Notes under the pieces: generated by a model
What the model was told of the DNA's origin: nothing
The model's database searches: none
What the model saw: only the letters and a program-made list of their open reading frames with translations
Program-made: the position numbers and the translations under genes
NCBI GenBank assembly: GCA_050633305.1
Contig: JBOEGF010000032.1
Coordinates: 160,001 to 224,000 of the forward strand
Reading direction: 5' to 3'
DNA length: 64,000 bases
Origin: Nannocystales bacterium
GTDB taxonomy: Bacteria; Myxococcota_A; Polyangia; Nannocystales; Nannocystaceae
In this document: positions 53,381 through 62,951 of the stretch, piece by piece
Position numbering within the stretch: the stretch's first letter is position 1
Layout: each line of letters begins with the position of its first letter

Positions 53381-53869
53381 GTGACCACCCGTCTGTGCTT
53401 CGTCTGCTTGGGCAACATCTGCCGCTCCCCGACCGCGGAGGGCGTGTTTCGCCACCTCCTCACGCAGCGGGACGATAGCGCACCGTATGCGTTCGAGAGC
53501 GCAGGAACCGCTGCGCACCACACGGGCGAAGCACCTGATCATCGCGCGACCGAAACCGCAGCACGCCGCGGGATCCGACTCGCGGGTGCGGCGGCACAGT
53601 TCACCGCAGAGGACTTCGCACGGTTCGACTGGGTCGTCGCGATGGACGGCGCCAACAAGCGTGACCTCCTCTCCCGAGCGACATCCGAGCAGGACGCCGC
53701 GAAGGTCGTGATGTTGCGAGACTGGGACCCCCACAGCGGCGGTCCGCACGACCTCGACGTTCCGGATCCCTACTATGGCGGCGCCTCCGGCTTCGACGAT
53801 GTGCTCGACATCTGCCTCCGCTCATGCGCGGCCTTGTTGGATGACCTCGAGGCTCGCTCGCGTGCGTGA
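53381..53869 (+). CDS. Low-molecular-weight protein-tyrosine phosphatase
   Basis: FVCLGNICRSPTAE, VPDPYYG. Confidence 0.95.
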   Translation: MTTRLCFVCLGNICRSPTAEGVFRHLLTQRDDSAPYAFESAGTAAHHTGEAPDHRATETAARRGIRLAGAAAQFTAEDFARFDWVVAMDGANKRDLLSRATSEQDAAKVVMLRDWDPHSGGPHDLDVPDPYYGGASGFDDVLDICLRSCAALLDDLEARSRA

Positions 53870-54710
53870 GTCTCTGGACCGACACCTCACCCGCGTGCTG
53901 GGTTCGAACGTCACCACGCGGCGACGAGTATCCGGTGGGGACACATGCGACGCATGGCGCGTCCAGCTCACGGATGGACGGACGGTCTTTGCGAAGGAAC
54001 ACACCAACGCGGGCTCGATGTTCGACATCGAAGCGTTCGGCCTGCAATGGCTCGCTCAAGCGCTGGCCCTGCGGGTCCCCGAGGTGGTCCACACTTCCTC
54101 GCGAGCGCTCGTGCTGGAGTTCGTCGAATCGGGGACTCGAAGCGCTTCGTTCGACGAAACGCTGGGGCGAGGCCTGGCGCAACTGCACGCCCTCGCGCCG
54201 CCTTCGTTCGGTCTGGCTCGGCACGGTGTTCTTGCCTCACTGCCCCAAGACAACACTCCCGAGCCCGATTGGGCGACGTTCTACGGGGTACGACGCCTCG
54301 TCCCGATGCTTGCGCTGTGCGTCGAACGTGGGCACCTCCCGGCCGAGGCTCGCGGCGAACTCGATGCACTGCTCCGCGTCCTTCCCCAACGGCTCGGTCC
54401 GCCGGAGCCCCCGGCCCGCCTCCACGGAGACCTCTGGTCGGGAAACGTCATCGTCGACGCTCGCGGGGCACCGGTGCTCGTCGATCCGGCCGTGTACGGA
54501 GGCCACCGCGAGACCGACCTCGCGATGATGCGCCTGTTCGGGGGGTTTTCTCCCGCGACCTTCGCGGCCTACGAAGAGGCGGCCCCCCTCGAACCCGAGA
54601 GTCGGGACCGAGTCGAGCTCCATCAGCTCTACCCGGTCTTGGTGCACGCAGCGTTGTTCGGGGGCCACTACGGCGGTGCAGCACGCCGCACCCTCACCCG
54701 GTACGCCTAG
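53862..54710 (+). CDS. Fructosamine/ribulosamine kinase family protein
   Basis: SGGD, FAK, LHGDLWSGN, DPAVYGGHRE.DLAM..LFGGF, LFGG.Y. Confidence 0.93.
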   Translation: MRESLDRHLTRVLGSNVTTRRRVSGGDTCDAWRVQLTDGRTVFAKEHTNAGSMFDIEAFGLQWLAQALALRVPEVVHTSSRALVLEFVESGTRSASFDETLGRGLAQLHALAPPSFGLARHGVLASLPQDNTPEPDWATFYGVRRLVPMLALCVERGHLPAEARGELDALLRVLPQRLGPPEPPARLHGDLWSGNVIVDARGAPVLVDPAVYGGHRETDLAMMRLFGGFSPATFAAYEEAAPLEPESRDRVELHQLYPVLVHAALFGGHYGGAARRTLTRYA

Positions 54711-54752
54711 GCAGGCCTGGACCGACCCGCCCCCGCGAACCGCGGGCGGCGC

Positions 54753-56123
54753 TCACGAGGGGCGCTTGGCCTTGAACTCTTTGACGTCGATCGACGCGAG
54801 CAGGTCGGGTGGCAGCCGATTGCGGGTGAAGCTGCGGGCGGGGAGCAGCGCCCGTGTGGCGTCGATCCCCATCTTGGCGCTTCGCCCATCTTCGTGCCGA
54901 CACGACGGGTCCAAAGGGGTGCCCTGCTGGTCAGCCAAGATATGGACCTTTTGATCGGCCTGGGTTTGCAGCGCGACCGCAGCCATCACCTGGCGGAGGT
55001 CTCCAGGATCCACGTCGCCGTCGACGACAATGACATGCTTGGCGTAGATGTCCGCCGCGAGCATCGCCTCGATCAGGCGCCGCGGCTCGTCGTCATCAGC
55101 CTTGTCGATCGCCACCACGGCCGTCAAGGGTGCCGGGAGCGCCAGACCCACGAGCGTCTTCGCCACAGCCAGGGCGGTCTTTCGGGTCCGATGCTCGATT
55201 GCCGGCATCGAGAGCACGAGGTGCTCCATGTGCCCCGAGATGATGTCCTGAAACAGGAAGTCTTGACGGTGTGTCATCGCGGACACCCTGAAGACAGGCG
55301 TCTGCGCCACCCCAGTGCCGTAGCCCGTGAACTCCCCGAACGGCCCCTCTCGCATCCGCTCATCGTGGGTCACGACCCCTTCGAGGACGAGTTCGGCCCC
55401 CGCCGGAACACTGAGACCGGGCTGGCTGACACACGGAACGATGTCGAGCGCCGCTTGGAGCAGCCCGCCGATCACATCGTACTCTTCGTCGTCCGCCGAA
55501 CCCGAGTACAGCGCGCCCAGGGCAAACAGCGGATGCACACCCAGGATCACCGCGACGGGCATGTCTTCGCCGCGAGCGACGTACTTCGCGAAGATGCCGT
55601 CGAGGTGTTTGCCCTTCTCCATCAGGATCCCGGTGCGGTCCCGCCCGGCGATCATCATGCGGTGGTAGCTGAGGTTGGTCTTGCCCGTCTCCGGGTCCCG
55701 AGCCAGGACGATCGCCGCGGTGAGGTACGGTTCCTGCGCGTCGTCGAGGTGGTAGGTCATCGACGGCAGAATGCCCAGATCGATGTCGGCTCCCTGGAGC
55801 ACCACCTCCTGGCAGGGCGCGGCCTCGACCGTTCGCGGCGGGATCGGAGCCTCGGCTCGCTCCCCGAACGTAGCCGAGACCTCGGAGACCGAACACCCAA
55901 GCGCCAACGCCAAGCGGCCCATCGAGCCGCACACATTGGTGACCACGGTGCGTTCGCAGCCCGCGACGTTCCGAAACACGAGCAGCGGCGATCGCCCACG
56001 CTCTTCGAGCTTCGCGACGATCGCAGCGGTCTCGTACTTGGGCTGAACCTCCCGCTCGACATCCACGACGTCCGCGCGCCGTTTCGTGCGTACGGCCTCG
56101 ATGAACGTCCGAAGGTCGCTCAT
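54753..56123 (-). CDS. UbiD-family (prFMN-dependent) decarboxylase
   Basis: NLSYHR, ELVLEG, EGPFGEFTGY, VIVVD.DVD, PLDPS, KMGIDAT. Confidence 0.92.
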   Translation of the reverse strand: MSDLRTFIEAVRTKRRADVVDVEREVQPKYETAAIVAKLEERGRSPLLVFRNVAGCERTVVTNVCGSMGRLALALGCSVSEVSATFGERAEAPIPPRTVEAAPCQEVVLQGADIDLGILPSMTYHLDDAQEPYLTAAIVLARDPETGKTNLSYHRMMIAGRDRTGILMEKGKHLDGIFAKYVARGEDMPVAVILGVHPLFALGALYSGSADDEEYDVIGGLLQAALDIVPCVSQPGLSVPAGAELVLEGVVTHDERMREGPFGEFTGYGTGVAQTPVFRVSAMTHRQDFLFQDIISGHMEHLVLSMPAIEHRTRKTALAVAKTLVGLALPAPLTAVVAIDKADDDEPRRLIEAMLAADIYAKHVIVVDGDVDPGDLRQVMAAVALQTQADQKVHILADQQGTPLDPSCRHEDGRSAKMGIDATRALLPARSFTRNRLPPDLLASIDVKEFKAKRPS

Positions 56124-57724
56124 GCCGGGGGCGTCTCCGCAGCTTCCTTACGCAGCTTGCCGCGGCTGACCTTGCCCGAGCCCGTCTTGGGCAAGGGAAC
56201 GTCCCGAAAGACGAACACCTTCGGCACCCGAACGAACGGCAGCGACTCCAGGCACAGCGCCTTGAGGGCACTCGCCTCGAGGGGCTCACCTTCGGTCAAG
56301 CAAATGTAGGCGACGATTCGTTCACCGAGCGTGGGGTCCTTGATGCCGATAACGGCGACCTCTTCCACGCGAGGGTGAGCCGCCAACACGGCTTCGATCT
56401 CCTGCGGGAAGATGCGCTCACCGGCGCTCTTGATCATCTCGGAGCTGCGACCGGCGAGGTAGAGATGGCCGTCGTCGTCGAGGTAGGCCAAGTCACCGGT
56501 GCGCAACCGACCTTGAGCGTCGATCTTCCCCAGCTCGCGATGATCCCCCGAGACGTACCCGAGCATGATGTTGGGTCCACCTGCGGCGACCTCCCCGATT
56601 TCGTTGGGGCCCACCGGTTGCTCGTCGCTGCCGAGGATCTCCAGCGTGGTTCCTGGCAGCGCCTTGCCGACCGAGAATTTTCCATCGGTTGCCTTGACGA
56701 ACAGCTCGTCGGGCCCGATGTACGTGATCCGCGGCGACGCCTCGGTCTGTCCGTATGCGATGTGGATGCCGGTTTGCGGGAGCATCTCGTCCAACCGCTT
56801 CAGCTCCTCGATGGGGAGCGCACCGCCGGTGATCAGCACGTAGCGAAGCGCCTCCGGAGGCGTCTTGGACATCTTGGAGCGGTCCATGAGCTGCTTGAAG
56901 TGGAACGGAACGCCCGAGAAGCCAGTGGTCTTGTGTTCGACGAGTTCGAGCAGGACCTTCTGCGGGAAGGCGAATCCGGCGGAGAACACGATCGTCCCGC
57001 CGATCATCGCGTGCCACAGAAGCTGCATCCGGCCATGGATGTAGTGCAGGGGCACCACGACGAGGATGCTGTCCTCGGCGGTCAACCCCATGAGGGCGTT
57101 GCCGGCCTCGAGATTCGAGGAGAAGTTCTTGTGCGACAGCGTGACGCCGTTGGGGCGACCTGTCGTTCCAGACGTGTAGACGATGAGCGCAGGATCGTCG
57201 GCAGCGACCGCGCTTGGCTGCGGCGTCCCACCGGCTCCGAGGATCGTCTCCAAAGCGACGACCTCGCGGTCCTGTCCATGCTCCGGCCCAGGCCCGGCAA
57301 GTGACTCAACGAGGGGCTCCGTCGTCAGCACAAGCCCCGGCAGCGTGAGCGCAGACTCTCCGACGCAGTGCTTGTTGGCGGGTGCAGCATCGACGCAGAT
57401 CGCCTTGGGGCTGGCCTCGTCGAGCACCGCCTGGATGGTCGATCGACCGGCGAGTCCAGGGACGTCAACCGTCGCGGCGCCCGCTTTGAGGGTGCCCCAG
57501 AACCAGCACAGGGCTGGGAGGGTGTTGTCGCAGAGCAACGCGACACGGTCCCCCGGACCAATGCCACGACTCTGCAGGAAGGATGCGACGGCGTCGCTTC
57601 GGCGGTCCAACTCGGCGAAGGAGATACGGTCTTCGCCCTCCACGCCGCTGGGACCCGAGAAGATGGCGGCTGGCTTGTCGGGATGCTTTTGGGCATCCGC
57701 GCGCAGCCATTCGAACAGCAGCAT
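56120..57724 (-). CDS. Class I adenylate-forming enzyme (acyl-ACP/CoA ligase)
   Basis: YTSGTTGRPNG, YGQTEA, TGD, GR..EMIK, PKTGSGK. Confidence 0.92.
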   Translation of the reverse strand: MLLFEWLRADAQKHPDKPAAIFSGPSGVEGEDRISFAELDRRSDAVASFLQSRGIGPGDRVALLCDNTLPALCWFWGTLKAGAATVDVPGLAGRSTIQAVLDEASPKAICVDAAPANKHCVGESALTLPGLVLTTEPLVESLAGPGPEHGQDREVVALETILGAGGTPQPSAVAADDPALIVYTSGTTGRPNGVTLSHKNFSSNLEAGNALMGLTAEDSILVVVPLHYIHGRMQLLWHAMIGGTIVFSAGFAFPQKVLLELVEHKTTGFSGVPFHFKQLMDRSKMSKTPPEALRYVLITGGALPIEELKRLDEMLPQTGIHIAYGQTEASPRITYIGPDELFVKATDGKFSVGKALPGTTLEILGSDEQPVGPNEIGEVAAGGPNIMLGYVSGDHRELGKIDAQGRLRTGDLAYLDDDGHLYLAGRSSEMIKSAGERIFPQEIEAVLAAHPRVEEVAVIGIKDPTLGERIVAYICLTEGEPLEASALKALCLESLPFVRVPKVFVFRDVPLPKTGSGKVSRGKLRKEAAETPPA

Positions 57725-57814
57725 GATGAAGCTCCTTGGCTGAAGAGACGCCGACCGCCACGCGGTCTCGGCCAGACCGGGTTCAGACCCGGATCAGACC
57801 GAGGCCGAACGGGC

Positions 57815-58051
57815 TCAGCCGTTCTTGTTCTTTTCGATGTAGGCGGTGAGGGCTTTGGCGGAGCCGAAGTTGTCCGGAGTGATGTCGTCGATCTCGACAT
57901 CGAATCCGTACTGGCCTTCGATCCACACGACCAACTCCATCACGGCGGTGGAGTCGATGACACCCTGCAGGCTGGACTCGGCATCGATGTCGGTCTTGCC
58001 CGGGGCCAGCTCTTTGGTGATGTAGGTGAGGAGGTCTTGCTCGGTGCTCAT
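57815..58051 (-). CDS. Acyl carrier protein
   Basis: 78-aa acidic protein; GVIDSTAVMELV phosphopantetheine motif. Confidence 0.9.
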   Translation of the reverse strand: MSTEQDLLTYITKELAPGKTDIDAESSLQGVIDSTAVMELVVWIEGQYGFDVEIDDITPDNFGSAKALTAYIEKNKNG

Positions 58052-58092
58052 GGTTCGTTCCCTGATGGATACCCTGAAAAAGAAAGGGGGTT

Positions 58093-59259
58093 TCAGAAGC
58101 GCAGGACGTCGCCGACGCGGTGTTCTTCGATGCGTCGTTCGTCGACGAGGATCCCCAGCCCTGGGCATGAGTCCGGCCCATCTTTGGGGCCGGCGGTGGG
58201 CTCGTCGCTTCGGGCGCGATGGTCGCTGGATTCGTCCAAGATGTCCACCTCCAGCAGGAACACATTCTGTCCCTTTCCGTCCAAGCACGCGAAGCCAGCC
58301 TCGCAGCGGCCAAACACCTCGCTGGCCCTCGACAACACCCCGGTTTCGCCGACCATCGTCCCGAGGTGGATCTCCACGCCCGCCGCCCGCGCCCTCTCGC
58401 ACAAGCGATGCGCGGCCCACACCCCACCGTTCTTCCCCAGGCGGACGTTGAAGATGGCAGCCGCATCGCGATCGATCAGCTGCCGCGCGTCCTCGAGGCT
58501 GCGCAAGGACTCGTCTGCCATTACGGGGATGCCAGTCTCCTGCTGAATCCGATGCAGTCCGTCGATATCGGCCGCCTCGATTGGTTGCTCGATCGACGCG
58601 ATCGCGGCGACCGACTGTAGTTCTTTGAGACGATCGATCGCGTCGGTGGCGGTCCAAGCAGCATTCGCGTCCAAACGCAACGGCAGCGTTTTGAAGACCT
58701 TGACGATCGCCGCCAACCGCTCGGCGTCGTCATCGAGGCCGACCTTGACCTTCACGTGCTTCTTGCCGGAGAGCCGGAGCGTGGCGCAGTAGCGCGCGAG
58801 CTTCGCCGTCGGATGTTCGAACCCGACGATGACACCGGCGGGGAGCTCCGGTCCCGCCTCCCCACCCAAGGCTGCCGAGACCGGCTGTCCCAGGGACTGA
58901 CCCACAGCGTCGAGCAGTGCGAGGTCGAAGCCACACAGCGTCGCGAGTCGAGGTCCACGCGCCTCGGCCTGCGCCTCGAGCCACCCGGTAGCGTCGGGCC
59001 AGGACGCAAAGCTCTGCCCGAGCAACGCCTTCGCCATCGTGGGTCCGTCGTCGCGGAGGACGTCGTCCATCGACTCCCCCGTGACGTACTTGCGAGGCTG
59101 AATCTCGCCCCAGCCCCGAGACCCGTCGTCGCCCACGACGGTGACCAGAGCCGCGTCGGCATGAGCACGCTCGTGCAACGCGTGCTTGAACGACCGCTTG
59201 AGCGGAATGCGAACGTGCTGGAGGTGAACGGCTTCGATGCGCATCGGCCAGTCCTTCAT
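58093..59259 (-). CDS. Enolase-superfamily protein (MLE/dipeptide epimerase-like)
   Basis: GWGE, KVKVG (KxK), LDAN, EQP, ADES, NVRLGKNGG. Confidence 0.88.
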   Translation of the reverse strand: MKDWPMRIEAVHLQHVRIPLKRSFKHALHERAHADAALVTVVGDDGSRGWGEIQPRKYVTGESMDDVLRDDGPTMAKALLGQSFASWPDATGWLEAQAEARGPRLATLCGFDLALLDAVGQSLGQPVSAALGGEAGPELPAGVIVGFEHPTAKLARYCATLRLSGKKHVKVKVGLDDDAERLAAIVKVFKTLPLRLDANAAWTATDAIDRLKELQSVAAIASIEQPIEAADIDGLHRIQQETGIPVMADESLRSLEDARQLIDRDAAAIFNVRLGKNGGVWAAHRLCERARAAGVEIHLGTMVGETGVLSRASEVFGRCEAGFACLDGKGQNVFLLEVDILDESSDHRARSDEPTAGPKDGPDSCPGLGILVDERRIEEHRVGDVLRF

Positions 59260-60038
59260 GCCATGGACACGCCGCCGCAGACGTTCAACGACTGCCCGGT
59301 CATGCCGCGTCCCTCGGGGGACATCAGGAAAAGCGCCAAGCCGCCGACTTCACGCGCCGTGATGAGCCGCTTCTGCGGACTCTCTTCGAGAACCTCTTCC
59401 ATGTAGCTCTCCGCGTCCTTCCCGAACAGCTTGGCCCGCTTCTCCATGGCATCGCGTACGAGATCCGTGTCGACGAACCACGGACAGATCGCGTTGACCG
59501 TGATCCCGAGCTTTCCCACCTCGATCGCGACCGACTTGGTGAATCCCAAGACCGCCGCCTTCGAGGATGCGTACGCGCTGTAGTACGCGGCGCCAACCTT
59601 GGCCGAGACCGATGAAACGTTGATCACCCGGCCGGACTTCTGGCGAATCATCTGGCGCAGCGCCAGTCGCGTCAGGGAGATCACGGGGAACAGGTTGACG
59701 TCGTACAGCTCGCGCACCCGCGCGTCTTTCGACATCACGAGGTTGGCCACGTAGTTCGTGCCCGCGTTGTTCACCAACACGTCGAGCCGCCCAAACGTTT
59801 CGGTCGCCGCCTTGATCAAGGCTTTCTGAGCCGCCTCGTCCGTGACGTCGGTGGGGACCGCGAGCGCCGTACCGCCCGCGGCCTCGATCTCCGACGCGAC
59901 GCGTTCGATTTGGTCCGCGCTGCGGGCCGCGAGCACCACCTTGGCCCCCGCGGCGGCGGACATTTTGGCGACGGTCTCGCCGATACCGCGCCCCGCTCCG
60001 GTCACGAGCACGACCTGTTCGGTGAGGCTGATGTTCAC
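59256..60038 (-). CDS. SDR oxidoreductase (FabG-like)
   Basis: TGAGRGIG, NNAG, YASSK, PWFVDT. Confidence 0.92.
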   Translation of the reverse strand: MNISLTEQVVLVTGAGRGIGETVAKMSAAAGAKVVLAARSADQIERVASEIEAAGGTALAVPTDVTDEAAQKALIKAATETFGRLDVLVNNAGTNYVANLVMSKDARVRELYDVNLFPVISLTRLALRQMIRQKSGRVINVSSVSAKVGAAYYSAYASSKAAVLGFTKSVAIEVGKLGITVNAICPWFVDTDLVRDAMEKRAKLFGKDAESYMEEVLEESPQKRLITAREVGGLALFLMSPEGRGMTGQSLNVCGGVSMA

Positions 60039-60104
60039 GCAGAGCAACACACCGGGCCACGCTCCGCTTGTCAACGACAGACTGGTCCACGACGTCGGGT
60101 CCGA

Positions 60105-60122
60105 GTGACATCGCGATATCAC
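60105..60122. promoter_or_regulatory. Near-perfect 18-bp palindrome upstream of the SDR operon
   Basis: GTGACATCGCGATATCAC (one mismatched pair). Confidence 0.4.
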
Positions 60123-60747
60123 GCGAGGATGTCGTCAGGTCGTACTACGGCGCCGCTCCCAGGGTCAGAGACCTTCGGGACGCCGAGGGTCCCAACACGC
60201 GGGGGCCAGCGTAGAGCGTTTGGGTCCCGCGGATCCGAGGCGGCGGGTACCGCGAGGATCTCCTCGCCGCGGCCGGCTCAACCGAACCGGTCCCGAAGAC
60301 GGCCAGCGCCGGTCACAACGGCGCGCCGACGGTTCGAGATGCATGGGATGGCTTTCTCCGCGGCGAAGCGTCTGCAGCGGTGACCTTCGGGGTGTTGACC
60401 GACCGTGGTCGTGGACACTCGCCTCACGAACGCCTCGGCCGACCGGTTGTGGCCAGCTCCGCGACCTCGCACCTTCGGCACCGAGTGGATGCATCGGCCC
60501 GACGCGAGCACAGTCTCCGAAGACCTGACCTCTACAGACATATCCCATCCAGCGGTCCTCCCACGGAGCATCTGTCGTCCCGCGCGATCAGAGAACCATC
60601 ATCGTGGCCACCAGGATGCCGACGAAGCGGGGACCGCGGTAGCCGAAGGTCGGCCCGTCGCGGATTGGCATCTACGAGCGTCATCAACGTCCCCGCGCTC
60701 ACACATTGAGCCCGGTCGCGACGGTGGGTCCCCGCTATGCTGCGGTT

Positions 60748-62112
60748 ATGGTCGCTCGCCCCCATGTCCTCGCACTCCTGTTGGGCCCTCTCGCGCTCGC
60801 CGGCGCATGTGGCGACAATGACTCTGACCAGGCCACAGCTGACACCCTGGACGAATCGGGCATCAACCTGACGTTTACGGGAACGGACACGGCGCAAGAC
60901 GACGACGGAGATGAGACCGAGGATCTCCTCGATGTGGGGGCTGACACCGACGGCCCGGATCCGACCGCTGGCGGAGACTGCCCCGGCGGCGGCGGGACGA
61001 CCAACGACGACGACGCCTACAGCATCATCTGGATCGCCAACTCTCCAGAGGGCACGGTCTCGAAGATCGACACCCGCACCGAGACCGAGCTTGCTCGCTA
61101 CTTGTCGGGACCCGCCCCCGGTGGAACCGACGACCCGTCGAGAACCTCGGTGAACCTCTCCGGAGACGTCGCGGTGACCAACCGGTCTGGGAGCGTCACG
61201 AAGATCGCGAGCGTCCCGGAGAACTGTGTCGACAGCAACGCAAACGGAGTCATCGACACCTCGAGCGGAGCCGACGACGTCAAGGCGTGGGGCGAAGACG
61301 AATGTGTCCTGTGGCATTTGCCGCTGGGTGGCGACGGCAACAACACCCACGGCCCGCGTCCGACCGCCTGGGATGGAGGCGCAGGCGCGTCGGGGGGCAA
61401 CTGCGCCGGCCCTGACGAGAACCTGTGGGTGGGCTTCTGGGATGCGGTCGGGAACAACGGAGAGTTCCGTCGCATCGACGGCAAGACAGGCGTCATCGTC
61501 GACAGCGTCTCGGTCCCGCTGTGGAACAGTGGCGGTACAGACTACGGACCGTATGGCGGCGCCGTCGACGGAGACGGCAACTTGTGGGCCATCGGCCTGT
61601 GGGAGAACCTGATCCGCATCGACGCGCAAACCCTGGAGGTCCAGCGCTGGTCGGTGCCCGAGGGCGCCGAGCCGTACGGCATCGCGATCGATGCTCAGGG
61701 CCGTCCGTGGACCGCGGGGTGGTCCGGGATGATCACCCGCTTCGATCCCGCGACGGCACAGTTCGAGACTATCGTGACCAGCAACGGTCGGCGCATGCGA
61801 GGCCTCCAAGTCGACCGGGACGGCACCGTGTGGATCGCGGCCAACAACCCCTGCGGCGCCATCTCCGTGGACGTCGACAGCATGGCGATCATCGACGAGA
61901 ACATCGCCTTGCCGGAATGCGTCGGGCCCGTCGGCGTCAGCATCGATGTCGACGGCAGCGTCTGGCTACCGGATCGAGAAGGCAACAAGGCCTACAAGCT
62001 CAACCCCACCACGCTCCAGTCGACCACGATCACGGGTCTCGTCGGGCCCTACACCTACTCCGACATGACCGGCGCAGGGTTGGGCCTGGTCGTCGACCCC
62101 CCCGTCGGCTGA
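60748..62112 (+). CDS. Lipoprotein with Vgb-like beta-propeller (paralog of 27800-29212)
   Basis: AGAC lipobox, IWIANSPEGTVSKIDT, PSRTSVN, PYTYSDM. Confidence 0.85.
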   Translation: MVARPHVLALLLGPLALAGACGDNDSDQATADTLDESGINLTFTGTDTAQDDDGDETEDLLDVGADTDGPDPTAGGDCPGGGGTTNDDDAYSIIWIANSPEGTVSKIDTRTETELARYLSGPAPGGTDDPSRTSVNLSGDVAVTNRSGSVTKIASVPENCVDSNANGVIDTSSGADDVKAWGEDECVLWHLPLGGDGNNTHGPRPTAWDGGAGASGGNCAGPDENLWVGFWDAVGNNGEFRRIDGKTGVIVDSVSVPLWNSGGTDYGPYGGAVDGDGNLWAIGLWENLIRIDAQTLEVQRWSVPEGAEPYGIAIDAQGRPWTAGWSGMITRFDPATAQFETIVTSNGRRMRGLQVDRDGTVWIAANNPCGAISVDVDSMAIIDENIALPECVGPVGVSIDVDGSVWLPDREGNKAYKLNPTTLQSTTITGLVGPYTYSDMTGAGLGLVVDPPVG

Positions 62113-62142
62113 CGGTTGGCGCTGCGCGAGCGCAGTATCCTG

Positions 62143-62934
62143 CTATCGCGTTGCCAGAGCGAGGCTCTGCTCGACCGAGCCGACCTCTCCGCTCGCATCG
62201 AAGAGGCTGCCCTGGTTCATTCCGATGCCGCACGCGTGCCCCTGTGCACGAGCGCGTAGACCGATCCACTCCCCCTCGAAGGGTCGGAACAGGCGCACGT
62301 TGAGGTCCGCGTTCACAAAGATGTACTCCAACGCCGGCAGAGCGGTGCAGATGCCATTTTGCGCATCGGCGATGAGCGCTACGGACTCCACGCACGAGGT
62401 CCGACGGCCTGCGACGAGCGGCACTCGGGGGCGGGCCCAGATCGCGACCGGGCCCGCCGCGTTCCATGTTCCCTCGACGTGCCGGACCTCGACCCCCTGG
62501 AAGTAGCCGACCGGGTGCGGATACGGGAACGGGAGCGTGGGCGCGTCGTTCGGTGGCGGCGGTGTCGGCCGAGGCTCGCAATGCGGCTCGGGCACCCGCA
62601 GTGGCGCGAGCGCGATCCGCATTCCCGTCGCCACCGCTACGCACTCTCCTTCACACCGCATCGTCGCGCGGACCCAGTCGACACGTCGGCCGCCTCGAAC
62701 CGGCTCGATGTCGACCTTCACCACCCCGATCGGCACCGGCCGGAGCAGCTCCACGGTGGTCCGGACCAGCAACCGCGTGTCGGCGTTGTCGCCATACGAG
62801 GCCATCGCTCCGGCCAACAGGGCCGCCGGCGGCCCGCCATGCTGAAACCCCGCGGCCCACGGTCCCTGGGTCAGCGCGGTCGCTTCGTATCCGTCGTCGG
62901 TCGGTGTGTAGAACGCTTCCGGAAGGGAGCCCAT
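62143..62934 (-). CDS. TesB-like double-hotdog thioesterase
   Basis: GPW..GFQHGGPPAALL, LLRPVP, ADAQNG, F.NADL.V.L.R. Confidence 0.88.
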   Translation of the reverse strand: MGSLPEAFYTPTDDGYEATALTQGPWAAGFQHGGPPAALLAGAMASYGDNADTRLLVRTTVELLRPVPIGVVKVDIEPVRGGRRVDWVRATMRCEGECVAVATGMRIALAPLRVPEPHCEPRPTPPPPNDAPTLPFPYPHPVGYFQGVEVRHVEGTWNAAGPVAIWARPRVPLVAGRRTSCVESVALIADAQNGICTALPALEYIFVNADLNVRLFRPFEGEWIGLRARAQGHACGIGMNQGSLFDASGEVGSVEQSLALATR

Positions 62935-62951
62935 GGCTCGTCGTTACCACC

